Shown: positions 58,513-64,000 of the stretch, one piece after another | Position numbering within the stretch: the stretch's first letter is position 1 | Layout of the letters: every line of letters begins with the position of its first letter | Source: an uncultured Gemmatimonadales bacterium | GTDB taxonomy: Bacteria > Gemmatimonadota > Gemmatimonadetes > Gemmatimonadales > GWC2-71-9 | Reading direction: 5' to 3' | Length of the DNA: 64,000 bases | Assembly: GCA_963730185.1 (NCBI GenBank) | Contig: CAVSQW010000007.1 | Span: 128,001-192,000 of the forward strand | Notes under the pieces: generated by a model | What the model was told of the DNA's origin: nothing | Database searches by the model: none | Seen by the model: only the letters and a program-made list of their open reading frames with translations | Made by a program: the position numbers and the translations under genes

Positions 58513-60432
58513 TCAGTGGAGCCAACGGTCGAACCAGGCGACGAACCGCCGGGTCCGGTCCAGGAGGTGCTTCTCTTCGCGGAGTCCGTGGCCTTCCCGG
58601 GGATAGACCACCAGCTCGGCCGGCACGTCGTAGCGCTTGAGCGCCCGGTAGAGCATCTGGCTCTGGGCCAGCGGGTCGGTGGTATCGTCCTCGCCCTGGA
58701 GGATCAGCGTCGGGGTGTGGGCCCGGGTGATGTAGGTCAGCGGGGAGCTCTTCCGGAACCCGTCGGGTCGCTCGTACGGGGTGCCGTAGAACCACTCGTC
58801 GTACGCCGGGCCGGCCTCGGTGCCGAACTCGGTCGCGAGGTCGCTCATCCCGGCGCCGGTCACCGCCGCCTTGAAGCGGTCGGTCTGGGTGATGGCCCAG
58901 GAGGCCATGTAGCCGCCGTAGGACCAGCCCCCGATCCCCAGCCGGCTGGGGTCGGCGACACCCCGGCGAACCAGCTCGTCCACGCCGGCCATGATGTCCT
59001 GGAAGTCGCGGCCGCCCCAGTCGGCCCGATTGGCCGCCAGGAAGGCAAACCCATAACCCGTCGACCCCCGAGGGTTCGGGTAGAACACGGCGTAGCCCTT
59101 GGCGGCGAGCAGCTGCCCCCAGCCCTCGAAGCGATCGCCCCACGCCCCGGTCGGCCCCCCGTGGACCAGCACCACCAGCGGGAGTCGGGCGTTCGGCGCC
59201 CGGTCGGCCGGCAGGAGGAGGGCGCCCTCGATCGCCTGGCCGTCGACGCTTCGGTAGCGCACGATCTCGGGCGCGATCACCGGGAGCGAATCCCAGCGGG
59301 CGTTGAGCATGGTGATCCGCCGGGCCGCGCCCGGTCCGCTCTGGCGCCAGAGCTCCGGCGCCCGGGTCGCGGTCTGTCCCACGAAGAGGAGCGACCCGTC
59401 GGCGAGCGTCACCGCGTCCGAGGGATGGGGCGACGGGGTCGGGAGCGCCGTCGAGCGGCCGCCGGTCGTCAGCCGGGCTCGCCGAACCTCGAACCCGTCG
59501 GGGTAGAGCAGGTCGAGCGTCCCGTCCTGCTCCCAGCGATAGTCCTGGACCGGCCGGTCGATCGTCCCCGCGGTGAGGTTCCGGGCCGGTCCGCCGGCGA
59601 GCGGCAGCAGGTAGAGGTCGTGCGGGACCGGACCGTCCACCCTCGCTCCCTGGTAGGAGAGCAGGGCGCCGTCGGGCGAGACCTCGAGTCCGCCGATCGG
59701 CCCGGTTGGCGCCGCCACCAGCCGGGGGATCGAATCCCGAACCCCGATCGTGTAGAGCGCCTCGGTCCAGCGGTCGCTCTCGGGATGGTCGGTGGCGATC
59801 AGGGCCAGCCGGTCGCCGCTCGGGAGCCAGACCAGGTCGCGGACGGTCCAGGGGGCCGCCGTCATCCGGTGGACCTCGCCCGAGGGCAGGTCGAGCAGCC
59901 AGAGGCTCGCGGGCCGGTCGTCCCGGTCCACCACCCGGGCGTCGTCCTTGTCCTTTCGGCGCTGCTCCTCTTCGTCGGTCGGCGGCGGGGCCGCCACGAA
60001 GGCGATCCGCCGCCCATCCGGCGCCCAGGCGAACTGCCGCACCGCCGACTTGCCCTTGGTCAGCGGTCGGGCTTCGCCGCCGTCGAGCGGCAGCAGCCAG
60101 ATCTGGGGCCGGTCCACCCGGTCCGAAAGGAACGCCAGGGAGCGCCCATCGGGCGCGAACCGGGGCGACCACTCGCTCCGGCTCGAGCTGGTGAGCTGCC
60201 TCGCGCTGTCGGCGCCCAGCTGGAAGAGGAACACGTGCTGGGGCTGATCGGTACCGGAGACCGGCTCCTGGACCACGAACGCGGCCGCCCGGCGGTCCGG
60301 CGCCAGCTCGAGGTCGCGGAGCGAGCGGCGGTCGAGGGTGATCTCGGGCGTGATCTGGGCCGACGCCGGCGCGGCGAAGACGAGGACGAGCAGCGTCTGA
60401 ACCGGGAGGAGCCGGCGGAGAGTTCGGATCAT
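58513..60432 (-). CDS. Exported S9-family (acylaminoacyl/dipeptidyl) peptidase
   Basis: Signal peptide; TolB-like WAPDG propeller repeats; HGGP, GWSYGG, GEDD, EGHG catalytic motifs. Confidence 0.93.
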   Translation of the reverse strand: MIRTLRRLLPVQTLLVLVFAAPASAQITPEITLDRRSLRDLELAPDRRAAAFVVQEPVSGTDQPQHVFLFQLGADSARQLTSSSRSEWSPRFAPDGRSLAFLSDRVDRPQIWLLPLDGGEARPLTKGKSAVRQFAWAPDGRRIAFVAAPPPTDEEEQRRKDKDDARVVDRDDRPASLWLLDLPSGEVHRMTAAPWTVRDLVWLPSGDRLALIATDHPESDRWTEALYTIGVRDSIPRLVAAPTGPIGGLEVSPDGALLSYQGARVDGPVPHDLYLLPLAGGPARNLTAGTIDRPVQDYRWEQDGTLDLLYPDGFEVRRARLTTGGRSTALPTPSPHPSDAVTLADGSLLFVGQTATRAPELWRQSGPGAARRITMLNARWDSLPVIAPEIVRYRSVDGQAIEGALLLPADRAPNARLPLVVLVHGGPTGAWGDRFEGWGQLLAAKGYAVFYPNPRGSTGYGFAFLAANRADWGGRDFQDIMAGVDELVRRGVADPSRLGIGGWSYGGYMASWAITQTDRFKAAVTGAGMSDLATEFGTEAGPAYDEWFYGTPYERPDGFRKSSPLTYITRAHTPTLILQGEDDTTDPLAQSQMLYRALKRYDVPAELVVYPREGHGLREEKHLLDRTRRFVAWFDRWLH

Positions 60433-60684
60433 GAGAGGACCATCACGCCCGCCGGGCTCGACGGGTCAGAAGGAGGTGGAGACGCCCAGGCTTCCGCGAT
60501 TCCCGACGTGAACCGGTCGGGACCGGGCCTCGGCCAAGCCGGGGGCCGTGCCGCCGGCCGGAACCCGAAGCCGAGGGCGACCGCCAGGAGCGCCAACCCG
60601 ATCAGCCGCTTCGACGGGAGCTCCCCGGAATGGGGAGCAAGGTCGAAGGTAGGGCGCCGGCGCGCCGCGGGCCAGAGGCGCGGG

Positions 60685-61151
60685 CTAGGGCGGGGACCGA
60701 TCGGTCGAGTTGGGAGCGTCGAGTCGGTAGCAGGGGTGCCGGAGTCCGGTCGGCGGATAGAGCTCGTCGTGGGTGGGGCGGAATCCCAGCCGTTCGAGCC
60801 GCCGCTTCGACGGAGCGTTGTCGGGGTGATGGCCGGCGAAGAGGAACCGGGCCCCGAGGGTCTCGAAGGCGTGGGCGATCGTGGCCCCCGCGGGCGGAGT
60901 CCGGCCGCCCCGACGAGGTCGCCGGTGGGTCGGAGGAAGACGGGCCAGTACTGCACCCCGTGAGACGTCGCCATCGCGATCTCGGCGGCGAGCCGCGCCG
61001 CGACCTCGGCCGCCGACCATGGGCCGCCGATCAGCCGGGCGACCTCGGGGTCGCCCCAGAGCGCCAGCGCCAGGTCGAGGTCGGTTCTCCGCCAGCGGCC
61101 GAAGCCGAGCCGGGGTGTGGTGAGCCACCAGTCGGACACCGCTCCGCTCAA
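60685..61151 (-). pseudogene. RimJ/RimL-type GNAT acetyltransferase disrupted by an internal deletion and frameshift near 60890
   Basis: N-half LTTPRLGFGRW…LWGDPEV…GAAGLRP in one frame; C-half ATIAHAFETLG…AGHHPDNAPSKRRLERLGF in another; the intervening E.G…WG.G.ATE segment is absent. Confidence 0.75.
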
Positions 61152-62674
61152 GCGACCCGGAAGACGCCGACTCTCCCGGCCCGGCCCCGGAGCTCCAGGT
61201 CGCCGACCCGGGCCAGCGGGGGTGGGGCGGTCAGCGCCGCCGCCAGGGTCTCCGACACCAGAATCTCGCCCGGGTCGGCCCGTCCGCAGAGCCGGGAGGC
61301 GACGTTGACGGTGTCGCCTAACACGCTGTACTCGAGCCGGCGCTCGCTCCCGAGGTAGCCGGCGAAGACGTCGCCGGTGGCGAGCCCGATCCCAATCGCG
61401 ATCGGGGGCCGGGTCCCGGTCCAGCGCCGGTTGAGCTCCCCGACCCGCGCCTGCATCTGCTGCGCGGCCGCCAGGGCGCGGTCGGCGTCGTCGGGCTCGG
61501 TCAGGGGCGCGCCCCAGACCGCCATCAGGGCGTCGCCGATGAACTTGTCGAGCGTGCCGCCGTGGTCGAAGACCAGATCCACCATCTCGGTGAAGTAGTC
61601 GGTCAGGAGCGCGGCGACCTCTTCGGGGCGGAGCCGCTCGGCCAGGGGCGTGAAGCCCCGGATGTCGGCGAAGAGCACTGTGGCCACCCGCCGCTCACCG
61701 CCCAGGGCCACCGCGTCGGTCTGGCGGGCGATCCGCTCGGCCACGTTGGGGGCGAAGAACCGCTCGAAGTTCGCCCTCACCTGGGCCTCGCGATGCATCG
61801 CCTCGGCGTAGCGGATCTTGCCGATCGCCACGGCCGCGATCCCGCCGAAGGCGAAGAGCAGGGTCGCCTCCTCCTCGGTGAAGCCCCGGGTGGCGGTCAG
61901 CGAGTCGGCGTAGAGCACGCCGAGGACCTGGTCTTCGGACCCAAGGAGAGGGGTCGCGATCGCGCTCCGGACGCTCTGGAGCATCACCGAGCCGCTTCGG
62001 AGCCGCTCGTCCGCGGCCGCGTTGTCGGTGATGATCGGGGCCCGGTCGTCCACCGTGCGCTGGGCGATCGAGCGGGGCACCCGCATCCCGGCCGGATCGC
62101 TGACCCGGCTCCGGGAGAGCGCCGGGACCAGCTCGCCGGAGCGGGCGTCGAGCAGGAGGAGGGACACCCGGTCGACGGGCAGGAGGTCGAAGGTGCCCTC
62201 CACCACGGCGGCGATCAGCGAGTCGAGCTCGAACTCGCCCGAGAGGCGCTTGGCCAGATCGAGGAGCCGAGCCAACCGCTCGGCGTGCGGTCCCGGCGGC
62301 GCGGTCGCCGTCCCGACCGGCGCGAAGCCGCGACCCACGGACACGGCCCGGACCACGGTCTCCGCGGTGCCCGGGTCCAAAGGCGCGGGGGTGCCGCCCT
62401 CGACCCGGTAGCTCACCTTCCCGAAGGTCACCGTGTCGGTCGGAGTCAGGAGGCCCTCCACGATCCGGGCGCCGTTGATCGCGGTCCCGTTGGAGCTCTC
62501 CAGGTCGCGGACCCGGACCCCGGCCGGGGTAACCCGGAGCTCGGCGTGCCGGCGGGAGACGGTGACGTCGGGGACGCTCAGGTCGCTGGCGGCCGAGCGT
62601 CCGACCACCACCGCCCGATCGTCGGGGAGGATCAGCTCGTGCTCATGGCCGAGACCGTGGAGTCGCCAGGACAT
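61148..62674 (-). CDS. FHA-GAF-class III adenylate/guanylate cyclase
   Basis: FHA (VGR, VSRRHA, DLESSNGT); GAF (RSAIATPL…GVLYADS); cyclase (LFADIRGFT, DKFIGDALMA, GDTVNVASRL). Confidence 0.93.
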   Translation of the reverse strand: MSWRLHGLGHEHELILPDDRAVVVGRSAASDLSVPDVTVSRRHAELRVTPAGVRVRDLESSNGTAINGARIVEGLLTPTDTVTFGKVSYRVEGGTPAPLDPGTAETVVRAVSVGRGFAPVGTATAPPGPHAERLARLLDLAKRLSGEFELDSLIAAVVEGTFDLLPVDRVSLLLLDARSGELVPALSRSRVSDPAGMRVPRSIAQRTVDDRAPIITDNAAADERLRSGSVMLQSVRSAIATPLLGSEDQVLGVLYADSLTATRGFTEEEATLLFAFGGIAAVAIGKIRYAEAMHREAQVRANFERFFAPNVAERIARQTDAVALGGERRVATVLFADIRGFTPLAERLRPEEVAALLTDYFTEMVDLVFDHGGTLDKFIGDALMAVWGAPLTEPDDADRALAAAQQMQARVGELNRRWTGTRPPIAIGIGLATGDVFAGYLGSERRLEYSVLGDTVNVASRLCGRADPGEILVSETLAAALTAPPPLARVGDLELRGRAGRVGVFRVA

Positions 62675-62684
62675 CGGGCCGGAC

Positions 62685-63281
62685 CTAGCGGGGGGCCGCC
62701 ACGACGTACGCGCCGGGGCCCGGCACGGCGGCCTCGAGGAGGTCCGAGCCGGGGCGCTGGCTGGGAAGGAAGACCACCCGGCCGTCGGGGTCGACCCGCC
62801 CGATCAGGAGCACCTGCTCGAAGGCCAGGTCGCTGCCGTAGCGCTTGCGGGCGCCTTCGGAGGCCGCGAAATGGAAGCCGTAGCTGAAGGTTACCGTCGC
62901 GCCGGCGGCCAGCTGCCCGTCGGTCTCGAGCGTGACGCCGTAGACTCCGGGGCGGGGGCGGACCGCCACGTGGGTCGAATCGCGTCCGGGCGGTGGGGTC
63001 AGGCTGGCGGCCGGGATGGTCACCTTGGCGAAGAGGCTGTTGTCGGGCGCGCCGCGCCGCATGATGATCGTCCGGCCTTCCCCGGCGGGCACCGCCACCA
63101 CCGTGTCCTCGGGCAGGACTCCGCTCGACTCCAGGATGAACACCCCCGCGAGGTCGGTCGGCGGCGGCAGCCGGGTGCCCGGGGTCCCCGCGCCGGCCGC
63201 GGCGGCCCCACCGCCACCACCGCACCCCGCGAGCGTCGCGGCGAACAGCAGGGCAGCCAGCACGGGCGCGCGCTCTGACAT
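62685..63281 (-). CDS. Hypothetical lipoprotein
   Basis: MSERAPVLAALLFAATLAGC lipobox followed by a beta-rich domain. Confidence 0.75.
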   Translation of the reverse strand: MSERAPVLAALLFAATLAGCGGGGGAAAAGAGTPGTRLPPPTDLAGVFILESSGVLPEDTVVAVPAGEGRTIIMRRGAPDNSLFAKVTIPAASLTPPPGRDSTHVAVRPRPGVYGVTLETDGQLAAGATVTFSYGFHFAASEGARKRYGSDLAFEQVLLIGRVDPDGRVVFLPSQRPGSDLLEAAVPGPGAYVVAAPR

Positions 63282-63422
63282 CGGCTCCGTCTCGTCGGGC
63301 GAAGGTGGGCCGGCTCCCGGAGCCGGCATGGCGGACGTCCAAGTTTCGACCGTTCCGGCGGCGGAGCGCAATGGCGCGGCCGGCCGGCCGGGCGCGCGGT
63401 CGGCCGGTGTAGTTTCCGGACG

Positions 63423-64000
63423 ATGCGTTCGCGCTGGCTTGCCCTTGCTCCGCTGGTGGTGCCCGCCGCCCTGGCGGGCCTCCAGCCGGCCGCCTTGGCG
63501 GCCCAGCAGCCGCCCGCCCTGCCGGCGCGGTCGCTGGCCACCGACTCCGCGCCGCCGGCCATCGTCACCCTCGCGATCGCCCGGCGCCAGGTCGAGACGG
63601 ACTCCTCCTTGCGGGCCTGGCGGGCCCGAGCCCGCGGGGTGGTGACCTTTCTGGCCGAATACGGGACTGGTCCCAGCATGACCACCCGGCTGGTCAAGGC
63701 CGACGAGCTCGATGTCGACGTCTACTGGGAAGGCCGGGGCCGGAGTCGCCAGGTGATCCGCGCCTGGCGCGACACCACCTTCCTCCCCACCGGGATGGGC
63801 TATCACCGCGACCACCTGGCCATCGTCACCGACGACTTCGGCCCCGTGATCCGGGTCGGCGAGGGCGACGAGGTCGCGGACGCCATCCATCCGCTCGCGC
63901 CCGCGGGCCCCGCGCACTACACCTACGCCGTTCGCGACACCACCACGGTCCGCACCTCGACCGGAGTGCTGGAGGTGGTCGCGGTCGACGTGCGCCCCCG
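63423..64000 (+). CDS. 5' part of an exported/outer-membrane protein running off the window
   Basis: MRSRWLALAPLVVPAALAG… signal peptide; frame open to the window end (…YHRDHLAIVTDDFGPVIRVGEGDEV…HPLAP…); absent from the ORF track because it has no stop. Confidence 0.75.
   Translation, partial: MRSRWLALAPLVVPAALAGLQPAALAAQQPPALPARSLATDSAPPAIVTLAIARRQVETDSSLRAWRARARGVVTFLAEYGTGPSMTTRLVKADELDVDVYWEGRGRSRQVIRAWRDTTFLPTGMGYHRDHLAIVTDDFGPVIRVGEGDEVADAIHPLAPAGPAHYTYAVRDTTTVRTSTGVLEVVAVDVRP

Noticed and set aside
56561..60432. Lasso peptide cluster (Asn-synthetase-like cyclase plus S9 isopeptidase)
   Set aside because: No transglutaminase-like B2 peptidase, RRE/PqqD domain or recognisable precursor ORF nearby
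54143..60963. Long plus-strand ORFs (54143-56275, 56360-57901, 58420-60963)
   Set aside because: Antisense to motif-supported minus-strand genes; no recognisable domains

Overview
Very GC-rich bacterial chromosomal segment, densely coding, with about 59 protein-coding loci. Gene content and order (tgt-yajC-def-fmt-thiE-thiS-thiG-rsmB-PASTA-rpe-tlpA-tsaD-lgt; tamA-tamB; ADOP permease; several Hanks kinases) suggest Gemmatimonadota; this is an inference. No rRNA, tRNA, CRISPR array or mobile element was recognised. Most of the window is housekeeping or envelope genes (glcDEF, a sigma70, aroB, dacB, acpS, FTR1). The best candidate for an undescribed system is a translationally coupled minus-strand triad at 54131-57886: an asparagine-synthetase-like ligase lacking the glutaminase Cys, a bacterial homologue of the archaeosine radical SAM lyase RaSEA, and a PrnC-type flavin-dependent halogenase. 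It is flanked by an S9 peptidase and a tandem cupredoxin-like protein and lies upstream of tgt. The second candidate is one ORF fusing an XRE-type HTH, a catalytically dead kinase fold and a duplicated MacB/FtsX (ADOP) permease (13214-16582). Also noted: a degenerate sigma54-activator-like regulator, a frameshifted kinase, an internally deleted GNAT, a Fur-box-like site and micro-ORF at the FTR1 start, and a recurrent -10-box/leaderless start pattern. All calls come from motif reading by eye; no searches were run.
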